Below are positions 29,001-41,555 of a stretch of DNA of 64,000 nucleotides, piece after piece. Source of the DNA: Klebsormidium nitens (lineage: Eukaryota > Plantae > Klebsormidiophyceae); the NCBI GenBank assembly GCA_000708835.1, contig DF236983.1, positions 131,786 through 195,785 on the forward strand, written 5' to 3'. Under the pieces are notes generated by a model, which was not told the origin of the DNA, made no database searches, and was given only the letters and a program-made list of their open reading frames with translations. The position numbers were made by a program, and so were the translations under genes. Position 1 is the stretch's first letter. The number at the start of each line of letters is the position of its first letter.

Positions 29001-32000
29001 CAGCTAACTCAACGCTTTGACTGCTTCCATTTCCCCACCTTAAAGTCACGCGCTCCTGGCAAGTCAAAATCCTCACGAATGAACCAAGTAACATACGTAC
29101 TGTGGTCGAAAGCAGAAACAAAGAGCAAACACAAGCAACACGTAGGAAAGCAAAAGGACAAGGATTTTAAAGAATTAAACAGGGCTCAAAGCCCTCACCA
29201 GATACGGCTCCCCCGTGCTCTGCTCCTCCTTTTTCCGCTTCTTGCCCACTTTCCCAGACTGCGTCTCCTCCTTCTCCGCAACGGGTGACGTCAGCGGGTC
29301 GAAGGCGCCAAGGACCCGGAGAGTGGCAATGCGCAGCTGCTTGACGGGGGAGCGCAGGTTGGGGTGCAAGAGTTCGATGAAGGCCAGGCCGTCGTTTTGG
29401 GAGAGGAGGGGCCGGGCCTTGGACAGGTGCTTGGGGGACCTGCACGACAATTCTTGGTCGGTTAGACAGGTCTGCGTATGATAGACTTCTGCAAGAGCAG
29501 GGACAAGGAGAAACAGTGTCTGCACGATCGGGTCCGAGGACACCGGTGGAAACGTATTTGTGACGTAAGGCTGGCCCCTAAGTTGGTTCCAAGCATCGGA
29601 TGGTCTCGAGAACGCAAGTTGTCGGTTCAAGTGACACCCTAAGTGGAACCTGCACGGGTTGAGCCTTGGTGTCTCCGAGGCACGTGGGTAGATTGAAGCC
29701 GTCATATCTGCGTCTTGAAGCATTAAAGCCTGAGGGCACCCGCCATGGCACCAAAGTCCGACACAGACACCGTACGTCCAAACGCGTCCCCGGCTTCGAT
29801 TCTGCGAAGACTGTTTCTCCTTTCCGGGCTCTGAGAGACACTCGCGTCCTGGCGGAACATCTTCCAAGATGAGAGCTGGTTCCAATGGGAAACGAACGGT
29901 GTTTTCAGAAAGCGACGGGAGGCTCACAAAGCTGGAGCGAACAATCGCCGACTCTCCAAACACCGTGCAGACCGTATCAAAAGTATCGAGGAAATGATGC
30001 CTGATTGTAGTTCCCGTGCAACAAAAGCGTCCATTGTCTCCGAAACCTCCAGTAGACACCTCGAGCAGTAACGGACGACTTGGACGGTTGATATCAACAC
30101 AAAACTCGCTCAAAACGCCAACGACAGGGAGACCCTTACCCTCTGATGATCCCTAGAAAGTCCGCCACAGCTGCCATAACCTGCGGGCTGCTGTATGCAC
30201 TCTTCGCAAGCTCCAAGTACGCCTCCGTGTGTTTCACCAGGCTGCCCTGCTTGCTCCGCTGTAAGAATGCGGTGTGGACTTCAAGAGCCGCGCCCAAGAG
30301 CGCCTCGAGCCGCGCCGTCGCCTTGCCGGAGGGTTTGGAGGGTTTAGACGGGGGAGCGTCAGGTTGGCTGCTGCTTGTGCTGGCTGCAGAAAAGTGGGCG
30401 TCGTCGGTTAGAAGCATGCCACAAAAGTTGTTGAGCGGATGCAATAAAAAAGTGATGAGACGACTTTTCAGAGCTTTGAAGAGAGGATCCACAACTCCAC
30501 GGGAAAACACTCTCAACGAAAGGCCAGCTTTTCTGTGTTTCAAGGCCTTGAGGAGACGTTGAGAATGGAAAACGAGAGCTGCTAAGCTGTCGTGACCACC
30601 TTCGGTACAAAGCGGACTAATTGTGTGATCAAATCGTGAGGACGAAGTAAGCTCCATAAGATTTATCGTCGTTGCTTGCAGAGCAGCCTCCACAACAAAA
30701 ACGAAGCGTGATGAAGCAAGCCGTACCTTGAGCATGGGACTGCTGCCTCTCCGCGTCAGGTTTGTCGCCGTCCCCCAGCTGCGCCCTCACACTTTGCACC
30801 AAACCCCAAACCCTCTGCGCGCCCGCGTCCGCATCGCCCTCCGCATACGGCAAAAGTCGCACGGCAGCCCAAACCTCCGCCAAACCCTGCCCCTCTGCCG
30901 CCGTATATCCCGCCACCGCATTGGTAAGATATCGCACCAGATTCTGGTGCTTCCCGTCTCCCCCTCCTCCGGACTGAGCCAAAAGCAGGGGGGTAGCCAA
31001 GGGCGTGGGCTCGATTCGCCGGCAGGTTGCCAGGAGCAACGGAAGCACGGGCGTCGGATGGCCGCCGATCAGACGGTCCAGGGACGTCAGCATCGAGTGT
31101 GCGAAGAACGGCAATGAATATGCTCGGGCGGGGCTCAGGAGCGCTTGGAGAAACGGGATGAGGTTCCGAGGGTTGGAGAAGTCGAAGGCGGGCTGCCACA
31201 TGGTAGCAGCTCGCGCCACGGAGGAGGGCCCTTGGCTGGCGCCCGCAATGCGCTCGTGGCTGGCGATTAACGCCAAGAGTAACCGTAGGGTTTCTTTCTG
31301 GAGCGTCGGGGTTTCTTCGAGTTCGGTCCCCAAACCGGGTGCTAACCCGGTGCCTGAACCATCTTTGGTGTTTATGAAAATCTGCGGCTGCAGCAGTGAC
31401 TGAGCGAGAGCGAAGAGTGGTCGGTAGTCCAAGACCCGAGAACCCCGGTGGTGCTCCACAGCGTTGTTCAGCAGATGCAGCGCCCGGGCCAAGTCCTCCC
31501 GAGCACTCCCCCGGTCTGCACCTTCAGCTGCGTCCGAACCGCCCATTACTCCGTCCGGTTTGTCCGAAACCTTGTCCGAGGCGTCCTTAACCCTGTCTGG
31601 TTCATCCAGACCCTTCTCCGAAACCATCTCTAATAGCCCGTTGACTTCCCCTAACAGGCATTCCCACATAACCCCGCTCTTTTCCCGGGTCGTGTTCTGG
31701 CACACCCGCTCGACCGCCTCCGCGACCACCGCCACCGATACTGCTGCATTCGCGGCCGCGTCCTTCTGGGGGTTTCCTTCCGCTGCCATTGTCACCCCCC
31801 CGTTCAGGGTGGTTCTGTCCAGCATCAGTTGGAGGAGCTCGGGGGCCTTGCTATGGAGGCCTCCCTTGGCGCCTCTGACGGTGTAAGCGAGAAGAGCGCC
31901 CATGCCGGTTATCTTCTCTTCGGTGGGGTTCTTCTGAGCCTCCTTCATAAGGTGGCGTACACCTGCAAACGGAGACCAGGTCTTATAAGCTTGAGCAGCT

Positions 32001-35000
32001 AACTCGGGCATTAGATCGGCACGTGATGCTCAACCACTCGTCTTTGGGATGCAGAACCAGAGGAAGTGAAATCACAGTCTATACAGAATGGTACAGACAC
32101 TGTAACCCACTTGTGTCGAATCCATTGAGCGAAGATACATGCAGGGTTGGAAATGCAATCTGCTTGGCAACAGCAAACATCGGTACGCCTGCCAGAGCTG
32201 CCAGAGCGTACAATTATACATTTTAGGAACGGTCTTTTGAAGCTTTCCCTCCTCAATAACCCTGAAAAAACATCTTTCGGCTACACCGAGCTCCGCTGCC
32301 ATGTGCCATCGTCGAGTACACCAGAATCTATCGAATTCTGAATGGCCTGTATTTCAGCATTTTATCGAGCGACCAGTGTTTAGAATCGGGGTTACGTTGC
32401 TCTCACCTTTGATGAGCTGCTTCAGGGGGGCATTGCGGAAGAGGAAGGACACTGCCTCAGCTGCGAAGTCCCGGACGTAGTCCCGCCGGTGGTAGCGGAT
32501 CAGCCGGGTGTATCTGCAAGAGGAAAGAGCTTAACGATTGAGTCATTGCGAACCTGCACGATACGTGAAAGGGACAGCCTCCCTTCTAGGAGTCGTTTGA
32601 GAAAAGGGAAGGCTTATTGAATTGTTTGAGAAAAGGGAAGGCTTATTGAGAATCCATACATCTCTTCCGAGTGGCCTAACGAACAGCATTTTGCAAGCGG
32701 CAGCAATTTTTTGTGGACGTGACCCAGGAGTTGGGCCGAGAAAGCTAGATGTAGCGACACCCTGTGCAAACATGTGCCAACCCAGTCCTGCGTTTCGAGT
32801 TCACCAACTGCAGCCCTCCGCTGACAGAAGCGGAAAGTCATATCAGAATTAGCCTCTGGAAAGCTTTTGGAGTTGTTGATAGACTCTTTGGAGGAAACTG
32901 AAGAGACATTTGGACGAACGGAAAGGAATAACAGCTAGACTTTTCTGGATATCATACCATTCCGCTGCATCTTCCCACTGGCATGAAAGACGGGAAACAA
33001 GAAATCAGGTCAGACCCTCACTTGAGCGCCTGCGTGAGGTCTTTTGCGAGGTACTTGACGAGGTGCTTGAAGACGTACGACACGGACGTGAAGATCTGCT
33101 CCAGGACGTCCGGCTCGCGGTCCGCGCCGCCCTCCAGCAGCCGCAGGCACGCGCCCAGGAACGGGGCCACGAACGGGAGGAAGTCCTCGCGGAGGTCGCG
33201 CGAGAGGACGGCGATCAGGCTGCGGAGGACAACGAGTGTGCTCTAAGACTCTGCTTTAGAATTTCAGTTTTTCACGGTTGAAATGTTTGACAACATTACT
33301 GCTCAGAATCGGAGGCCGACGTAGGGCAGAAAATGAAGTCGGTAGATGTGAAAGAACAGGGTGGTTTTTGCAAGAAGGAGGGTGTTAGCTTTTAGCTATT
33401 CAAGTGTCGAGGACAAAAGGGGTAGTAACTTTCAGCCAGACGGCCTGAAAACGGGCTGAAGACGATCGATTGCTCTTGCAAGGATTGCCGACGGGAAAAC
33501 CCAACATTAACAAAGGAAAACCGATGCAGCAGGTTTGCGCTTTAGCTTTTGCAATCTGGACACTTCGTTGACACCTCATGAGAGAGAAACAAAACCTGGC
33601 CGACTCTGAGTAACGACGTTAAGAGAGGTCTGACAGAAAATCGTCCGAAAAAGCGACACCGGCACAACAGCCTCGCTACGTTTTCGACCTCCAACTGCTG
33701 ACAGTGCGCATCAGAGAGATTCCCAATGAAGATTTTTCGTCCGCAGTCTCCATAAGGAGTCGGATGTCCCTATCTTCGTTTCATCACTTGCGCACTGTCG
33801 CCTCTCATGAGTTCTTTCACGAGAATTGCTCGAGAACCTGAGAATCTCCCAAAAGGCTCCAACGATCCAAATTTGAAAAGTGAACATACGACTCCGAATC
33901 CTGCTGAAACAACATCTGCATCTGTAGAACAAGCCTGCCAAGTCAGAACCAACCTCAGAGTCAAGAACAGATAGTGTGATTTGCTATACTGGCCCGTTCC
34001 TCTGGCCAAGAGCTGATTCCGGCACCGATCTCCAAAGCAACAACCCGGCAGATGCAGTGTTCACAGTTCTGTGACCCCCCTTCGCTAACCCGTTTGCTGA
34101 AGATCTTCTCCACCTGAAAATATCCTCACGTTGAAAGTTCACTCAGCCCTGCCGGTAATCCTGTTACCCCTGAGTGCGCCAGCCCCAAAACAGTTCCGAC
34201 TCAGAAATTGTCGATCCTAGGAATCCGAACCACTTGGAAGCAGGAGCATCCACAAGTATCATTACTACACAGATCGCTGCGGGGCTCCCAGACTGCTTCC
34301 TACACTGACCTGCAGGGCAGGCTTTTGTTGAAATCATACCTGCTTTGCTTCTCTCAGGAGCTGCGACAAATGCAAGCTTGCTATTTCCAACCAGATTTTG
34401 CAAGACTCTCCGGACTGACTGACCTCAGGACGGGCTCCAAAGAGAGGAGCGCTCCAATGTGCATCCTGGCGAGCAGGGCTCGAACGACCGTCTTCTTGTG
34501 CAGCAGCAGCTGCGGCAGGCTCTGCACCAGCGGGTACACCTCGCCATACAGCAGGTTGAAGTCGGCCGCAGTGTTGAGCTCCTGCAGAATGGGACAATAA
34601 AACCGTGTGCATTCTGTCAACTTGGGTGTCTGTTGTAAGAGGAAGACCCCCAGATCTAAGAGTTGAATGACTTGATATTGAGAGGGGGGCCAGGGGTGGC
34701 GGAGCATATGATAGAATCTTGCATATATATATGCACCCACTCAGAGACAGGAAGAAGCACGTTGTAAAGCCAGCTCGAGCTCCTTCTCAATCGGTGTCAA
34801 ACGACTGCTGTCCACCAGCTAAGCCTGTCACTCTCTCAAAACTTAGATCCTAACAACACTCTGAACCCAGTCTGTGCGCTGCATGAAAATTTCCTTCGGC
34901 AGTGAATCACTTTTACACCACCACCACCAATATCCACAATACGAGTAAGTCATTTTTAGGAACTTGAATTTCCCCTGAACGCTTCTGATCACCAGGTGAT

Positions 35001-35891
35001 CAGACTGTTCGCATCGCCGCTTCTACATATTCAGTGTGTATGTGTAACTAGGTTGGGCACATATGTCCTGCCACTCACCCTCCATTGCAGCAGATTCTCT
35101 TGGAAGAACGATGTCCCGGCGGTCGGTTCAAACTTGACGGGCGCAAGGCTCCGGAACACATCGACGTCGACGCTGGCGACCCGCTGGGCAAAGCTCTTGA
35201 ACTGCACGAGCGGGGGCAATCGTCTGAGAAGCGACGACAGAAACTTGTACGATGGAGTCCTTCTCTGGTCCTGAAGCAATCTTTGAAAACTAAGGTGGGA
35301 ATTACAATTGAAAGCATGAAAAGCCAGTGAGGTGGTATGGCCAATGACTGAAATAAGCTCAATAGGGAATGTAATCCTTGATGGTGGTAATATTAGAAAC
35401 CAAAAGTTAGAGCACAAATTTGCATGCTGCACTGTCCAACTGCATGATTCAACTTTACCAAGAAACTGAGGCTGATGGAATGCAACATCAGAAGTGCCCT
35501 GTCAAACAAAGAAACTTCCATGTAGGTATGGTTGAAACCCGCAACGTTTGCGGGCAAAGCTACCACTGCCTCTGTGAACCTTGACAAGAAGAAGCAACCA
35601 CCACCCTTCAATCATAATAAGCCCTATCGACAAGGAACTTGGTGGTGTTGCAACATGGAATACTGTCAACACCACCAATTCGAGTCACTGCCACCACTAC
35701 TTTCAAAAATCTCCAGCACCACCATTACCAAAATCTGCCTCACAGTTCCTTCAATCAACCAGTACAGCATGGTGCACCATCAACCGTGACCAATGCTGCG
35801 ACAAAGTTGGTGGCAAGCTTACCACAAAGCGCTTCGTCCCTGGCCCGGAGTAGGACTTGTTGAGCGACTTGATTTGTCTTCCAGACGCCAT
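17091..35891 (-). CDS. UTP20: U3 snoRNA-associated protein 20 (UTP20/DRIM), giant HEAT-repeat SSU processome component, multi-exon
   Basis: N-terminus MASGRQIKSLNKSY...KRFVFKSFAQRV, then ELNTAADF, QSLPQLLLHK, SLIAVLSRDL, DYGRRLDAY, DVFHNIVHLQVHRRIRA, RGYQVHVLGYTLH, LQFLLDFPLG, YEHPSGREA and a C-terminal LVDPERVAKRKI. These match plant UTP20. Includes an exon of ~3 kb (~24718-27714). Confidence 0.93.
19182..19275 (-). ncRNA. Box C/D snoRNA copy 1 (snoR44-like dual guide for 25S rRNA), in a UTP20 intron
   Basis: Minus strand reads GGAGCACA-AG-TGATGA...AGATAGGGACAT-CCGA...TGGGAATCTCT-CTGA-TGTGCTCC: C box, D' box, D box and an 8-bp terminal stem. The guides are complementary to the conserved LSU segment GAGAUUCCCACUGUCCCUAUCU. 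Confidence 0.88.
19792..19882 (-). ncRNA. Box C/D snoRNA copy 2 (snoR44-like), in the same UTP20 intron
   Basis: Same boxes and guides as copy 1, with a GTGCGCA/TGCGCAC terminal stem. Confidence 0.88.
23086..23140 (-). repeat. ~2.5 copies of a 21-bp coding tandem repeat in a UTP20 exon (ESTGTEP/GSTGTEP)
   Basis: Plus strand reads ccggctccgttccggtacttc / ccggctccgttccggtacttt / ccggcgttccgtt. Confidence 0.8.
32595..32649. repeat. Intronic tandem duplication (26-bp unit, period 29)
   Basis: gtttgagaaaagggaaggcttattga occurs at 32595 and at 32624. Confidence 0.85.
33700..33799 (-). ncRNA. Box C/D snoRNA copy 3 (snoR44-like), in an early UTP20 intron
   Basis: Same C, D' and D boxes and guides, with an 11-bp terminal stem GACAGTGCGCA/TGCGCACTGTC. 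Confidence 0.9.
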
Positions 35892-36683
35892 CCTTGAGAA
35901 AGTTATAGCTCCTGATGCAGCCAAAGAGCGGCCACAATCAACCTCCACCCATTGAGCAGTCTCTTCAAGCTTTCGTCCTGCGCACTTCAGATTTGAGCTT
36001 CTGCGTTCACCCCCCCATCAACTTCCACTTCAACTTCAAGCTGGGAGTGGCTGCATGAGATCAGTTTGGAGTCTGAGGCTTCTTAAAAGTTTAGAAGCCT
36101 GACATCGAGAGTCAAGGTCTGCCTGAGCATGTCCGGTAACGATTCTTCGTGTATGGGAACGGTTTGCGTCAGGACCTGGGCTACGTACCCATGACTCTGA
36201 GCTCATAGAGCTCTGCGATTGAGGTGAAGGCGGACGCAGTTTTGAAGAGAGGCTGGGGCGCTCGAGTGGCAGGTTGATTGGCGCCCGGCACAGTTGATAG
36301 GACCTTGTCGCTCTGCATGGGCGCTGGTTTAAGCTGCCATTCTTTGGCGAAGGTGCCTCTAGCACGTGTCTAGCACACGGTTGATTGCTTCGCTTGGAAC
36401 AAGCACGGCAGTTCCTCGAGAGCGCTGGTCCAGTTGCTCCGCATGCAAGTTAAGCGTGTGATGTGACCCCTTGTGCTGCTGCTTATAGACGACGTGTGTG
36501 TAGCGGGAAAGATCTAGCCGGCGTTCATAGGTTGGAGCTTAGGTGCAACACAGACACTGTTTCATAGAGAGAGATCTGCACTTACCGAGGGGCGGGCTGA
36601 TTGTTTGCGCAAATATTAGAGATTTTTGGTCGTTACCAGCAGTGGTCAGCAGCGGAAACAAGGGTCATTCAGCTCAGCCAGCT

Positions 36684-37761
36684 ATGTCTGGGGTGGATCA
36701 CGGGCGGGAGCCTTGCCCCGACCGGATCTTGGATGACATCGGCGGTGCGTTTTCCATGGGTGCCATCGGGGGCTCAGCATGGCATTTTATCAAGGGAATG
36801 AAGAACTCGCCCAAGGGGGAGCGCTTCCTTGGCGGGACTCAGGCGGTGCGGCTGAACGCGCCCCGGATAGGCGGGAGCTTTGCGGTGTGGGGGGGGCTAT
36901 TCTCTACTTTCGATTGCTCGATGATCTACCTCAGGTAATCGGACTTTCCTCTGTTCGCTGTCGTAATAAAACCCTACTCTTCAGTCAGGGGGCTTTGGCT
37001 GAGAAGGTCCCTGTAGTTTTTCCCCCCCTCGCGCGAAGATTTGTTTCAAGCAATTCTTTGCACACCTCCGTTTGAGCGGCGACTTGCTGTATCGTGACAA
37101 CATCATGCAGGTGAATCCGACAGTGTGGTGTCTAGCACTCCGATAGTGTGATATAGCACTAGCGATGCGCTATCTCCGTCCGTTGAGGCGGATGCTTTTT
37201 GCAAATAGTTCTCTGTCTCGGAGCTATCCCAATGTTCTGGGCCTTACCCTTTCTGATTTGTGCAGGGGTAAAGAGGATCCATGGAACAGCATTGCAGCCG
37301 GAGCAGCAACTGGTGGGTTCCTGACACTGAGACAGGGGATGAGGGCCAGTGCCAAAAGCGCAGCTTTCGGGGGCGTCCTTCTGGCCCTGATCGAGGGGGC
37401 AGGGATCATGTTGAACCGCATGACGGCGAACATGGCGCAGCCTCCGCCTGAGCCTCAGCTAGCTGGCGTGGGGGGCCCAGCCATTCCCGGGGGCTATAGA
37501 GCACCCGCCACTACTTACCAGCCCGCCGCAGCAACCCCGTCCTACTACCAGACCACCCCCAGCCCTGCCCAGCCCTATCAAGGTCAAACTCAGACACCCC
37601 CCTCAGCCGCCGGTCCGGAGCAGAGCACGGGGTCTTGGTTCGGGGGCTTGTTTGGAGGTAGTGCAAAGAAGGAGACGGAGGAGAAGAGCCCGTTCAGCTT
37701 TGACACGGCGCCGCCACCCATGCCGCCAGAGTTTGCGGGAGATGATAGCAGATTTAAGTAA
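36684..37761 (+). CDS. TIM17: Mitochondrial inner membrane translocase subunit TIM17, 2 exons (36684-36934, 37266-37761), with a plant-type C-terminal extension
   Basis: [44 protein letters not shown] and [21 protein letters not shown]-rich tail ending SWFGGLFG...FDTAPPP. Confidence 0.96.
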
Positions 37762-39089
37762 GTGATCTGAGGCATGGATATTGAGATGCCAAGTAGACGG
37801 GGCAGTGCCGAGGGCCTTGCAACGTACGAGATACTCTTGAAGCATGAGTGCACGAGGTAATGTAGTCGCTTGCTTGGGGCTCTGGCTGACGATGAATATC
37901 CACTTTTGGCATGTGCTGTTGCTAAACCGAGGGCATCTTTAGCATCGACCTTTCCGAACGCGGAAAGTGGTGGATTATGAAGTACTGGTCTGGTTGTTGA
38001 GTCGTGCTTGGTCTGTCTGTGCTATCATCACTTGGCAAGCAAAACATTGACGGCTTTTTCAGGCAAGCAGAACATTGACGGCTTTTAAATGCACATCCGA
38101 CTACTATCACCATCTTCTTTTCATTCGGATACTAGGTTTCATATGGACGAGTTGTGACATGCTAGGCGTGTCTTCATGATTTGATAGTCTTGAATGTGAG
38201 TGCATTGACTTGGAGAACTTTAAATGCCCTACTTGGCAAAATGTTTTTGTGTTGCCACGCGCTGGCCATGCTTCGCTCGAAGTCCTCCAGCGCATGTGGT
38301 ACGGTACACAAGACTGTGCTCATTATAGAACCTTTTCTGTCTTGTTGTGACGAAGACATCTTGATTCTACGATCCTGACCCGAAGCATTGACACAGCTAG
38401 ATAAGCATGAAAAGATACCAAAGATAGTCGAAACAATGCCAGCATGCATACTTAGGGACCGTCACCAGAGAGTGTAGACCCATTCAGTTCTAATGGACAT
38501 GGAACATGATACCTATGCGTACGCGCTCGTCCTGTGACTCACTGAACATTGTGCAAGAAGAGCAAATACAAAGTGCATGGTGGACAATACGAACAAGCTT
38601 CTCCCTGCCTGCTCGCTGCCTCGAAAAAGGGAATTTTTCTTTGGCGCTCATGCATTCATGAGCGCAGCTCACTAATCAGATCACATGTCAGGGTTTCTTC
38701 AAACAAGGCCTGGTCTTGGCGACGTTCTTGTGACACTTCTCCTACAATTCGTGCCTATCGCCCGGCCAGGTTGTCAGTTAGTGTCCAAACTAGGCGCTCT
38801 AAAAACTCACGCCGCGCCAACCCGAGCTGACTCTTGCCAGAGCTCGCTTCAAGGTGCGAGAGACAGACTGTTCTGCAAGCCGTTCTGCAAGCATTCCAGT
38901 TAGTGTTCAATCTAGGTAAGCTGCACCAAGCAGAAAGCAAGTCGCTATTGGGGCCAGCCACAGGTGCACTGTGTAGAGCTTGGGCGGCCATATTTGACGG
39001 CAGGCACCATTGTACGGGGTAAGATCCTGGAATATTGCACGGGGTAAGATTCGGGAATTTGGCCCAAGAAGGTGAAACAGCTTTACACG

Positions 39090-40213
39090 ATGGGGGCCGC
39101 CCAGAAGCTGATGGGGACGGCGGCGCAGCAAGCAAAGCGGGCGGAGATTAGCCTTATCAAGGAGATTGGGTATGGCTTGTTAATCGGTATTGCGTGTAAG
39201 TTTGCGGCAATCATACGCTCTTCCCTGCATTCCTCGTCAGATTTGCACCGCGCCGACTTTATCAGAGCTCAATGATTCCCTCGTTTTGCCTTGTTTGTTT
39301 GAGTGTTTGATCGGGGTACAAAGTGAAGTCGGACTGGAAGTCGGTTTTATCAGCTGCACCAAGCGGCTAATTCAAAAAGACACGGTGACACGTCGCAGTA
39401 GAGTATATCTGGGTTCGCTCAGTCCGCTATGGACGATTACTTGGAAGCAGACTTGATTTTCGTGTTAGTGTGAGGAGTAGTTTCCTCAGTTGCAATTCAG
39501 GAGGGCATTGCCATTGCGCAAAGTAGGTCAGTACACCCACATCATGCAACTTAGCCAATTGATCTTTGAGGCAGTTTCGAATGCACCTTACTGGAATCGC
39601 CAAGTGTGGATGGAACAAGGATTGGAGAGATCCAGAAATGGATCCAGCGGGAGTTGGAAAGATTAGGGTTTGCTGAAGGGAGACTTTTAGAGCCCGGTGG
39701 ATTTTGAGTAGGATCGTCTGGTTCTAATAATTTGGAGGTCATTCTCTAGAAGCAGGCTCAATCACAAGTTCTTGAAAGCTTGGGTAGTATGAGGTGGTCA
39801 AGGTGTCCGAAGGAAGCTTAGAACCGCAGATGCTAGATAAGTCCATCACATTTTAGATTAGTGCTTGCGTATGTCATTGCTTCATTCTACAGGTTTGCAG
39901 GTTACATACTCTGTCTGCGATCCATTGGCCGCTGTCATGTAACAGCCTGCTAAGAGTTGAGCATGCCCGGCCCTTGTTAGTGGCACAATATTCCAGATTA
40001 CAGTAGATGTCTTTTGTGTAATGCTATAAGATGCTGCAAGCTATACCTGTTGGTTACTTGCGCGGTCGCTTGGATATGAAAGGCTAACTGTCTCCATCTA
40101 ATTCAGGTGGGGCCGTTTGGAAGGTGAATCACTGGAACGAGCGGAGAAAGGTCGAGGAGTTTTATGCAAACCTTGAGGCAGGCAAGATTACCACCGTGAA
40201 AGAGGAGTCATAG
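39090..40213 (+). CDS. COX5C: Cytochrome c oxidase subunit 5c (plant type), 2 exons (39090-39195, 40107-40213), ~70 aa
   Basis: Spliced product ...ISLIKEIGYGLLIGIACGAVWKVNHWNERRKVEEFYANLEAGKITTVKEES resembles plant COX5c (SVVKE..IG..LG..GGLWK.HHWNE.RK...FY..LE.GEI). GTAAGT donor and TCAG acceptor are in phase 1. Confidence 0.88.
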
Positions 40214-41555
40214 CAGAGGTAAGAACCTTGCCCAAATAATATCCCCATATCCTTCATTATATAGCAGATGTGAGCATCACTAACGCAGCACAGATATGGT
40301 TCTATCTTGCAAACTTCCGCGGAGCTCGTATCTTGTCTCGTATGAAGTTTGACGAGCACGGCGGATTTGTTCGAGTCGAGTCGCTGCGCTATGCAACGGG
40401 TAACACAAACCTTCAAAAAGTATGGTTCTCTCACCATTTGTCAGTATGCAATATCTTGATCATTGATCTGGCATGTGCCTTGCAGATTACACATGGATTC
40501 AGATCAAGCCCCGTTTTATAGAGGAACTTCAGATGGCTTCTTTAGTGATAGAAGATGGAAGACGTATAACAGGTTGTGAGATGGTGATGACTCAGTTCGT
40601 CATAAGCACACAAAAAGGTGTGTTAGAAGTGCCGTCTGTGCTTCTACACAAACAAGCAAGCAAGTCCATCCTTTCAAGCTTTCCTTAAGTTGACAGTTGG
40701 GAAACAAATACGGGCGTTTCATCGGTCACTTGAGCCCCTGAGCTTTCCAAGCGTCCCGCTTTTCGGACCTACTACTCAGTGAGGTCAATGCAATCATGTC
40801 AAGTCCAATACTGAGCTGGAAGCCTAAGGAAGAGCAAAGCAGGATTGCAAACCAGCTCTTGGCATGGTCAGTCAAGTTCATGTGTGCTCTTATCAGGGCC
40901 ATAGAAATCCTTAAACATGCCCACATGCATGAAATGTAGCATGTGCAGTTGCACCTTTTCGCAGTCAGGTGCAGACATGATCATGCTCGCGTGATTTCGC
41001 CGCGCTGCCGCCAGCCGCCATAGCTGGCGTATAGCCTGTCCTGAGCTACATCTGAGTACTATGTACATGCCGCGATGTAAGATCACAACCAGTCGATTAT
41101 CTTTATGCAGTTGCAAACATGTACTACTAATCCGGGCCTGCAAAAATTTATATGGTGCATGCATGCTAGATTGATCCAATTCATGCGACACCGTACATAT
41201 CATTGCGGCACAGTATTCAAGCTCTGCATGCTTCAAGGCAGACGACTGTTGTGTCTTAATCCTAGCTTTCTTCGCGCCATGAATCTGGCTGGCTGGACTG
41301 ACCAGCAAGTTGCATCCGATGCATCCGATAATCATGTGCCAATCGTGTAAGCTGGGACTGCCACGTAGTAAATAATATGCATATAATCTTAAGCTGGTCG
41401 CATCTGGTAATATTATTTTGACGGTTTATTGACAACGATGCCATGATGCATATGTATGTTTGCTGAACTCTACGGCTCTTGAAGTGCCGGTGATCATGAG
41501 TAATATATCCAACACGTACGCAGTCGTGAGTGTTGTTGAAGCGCCTTCTACAGGT

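Noticed and set aside
20799-31403. Numerous plus-strand ORFs (e.g. 20799-21419, 22638-23207, 26465-27130) opposite UTP20
   Set aside because: Antisense shadows of GC-rich coding exons; Ser/Pro/Arg-rich with no motifs.
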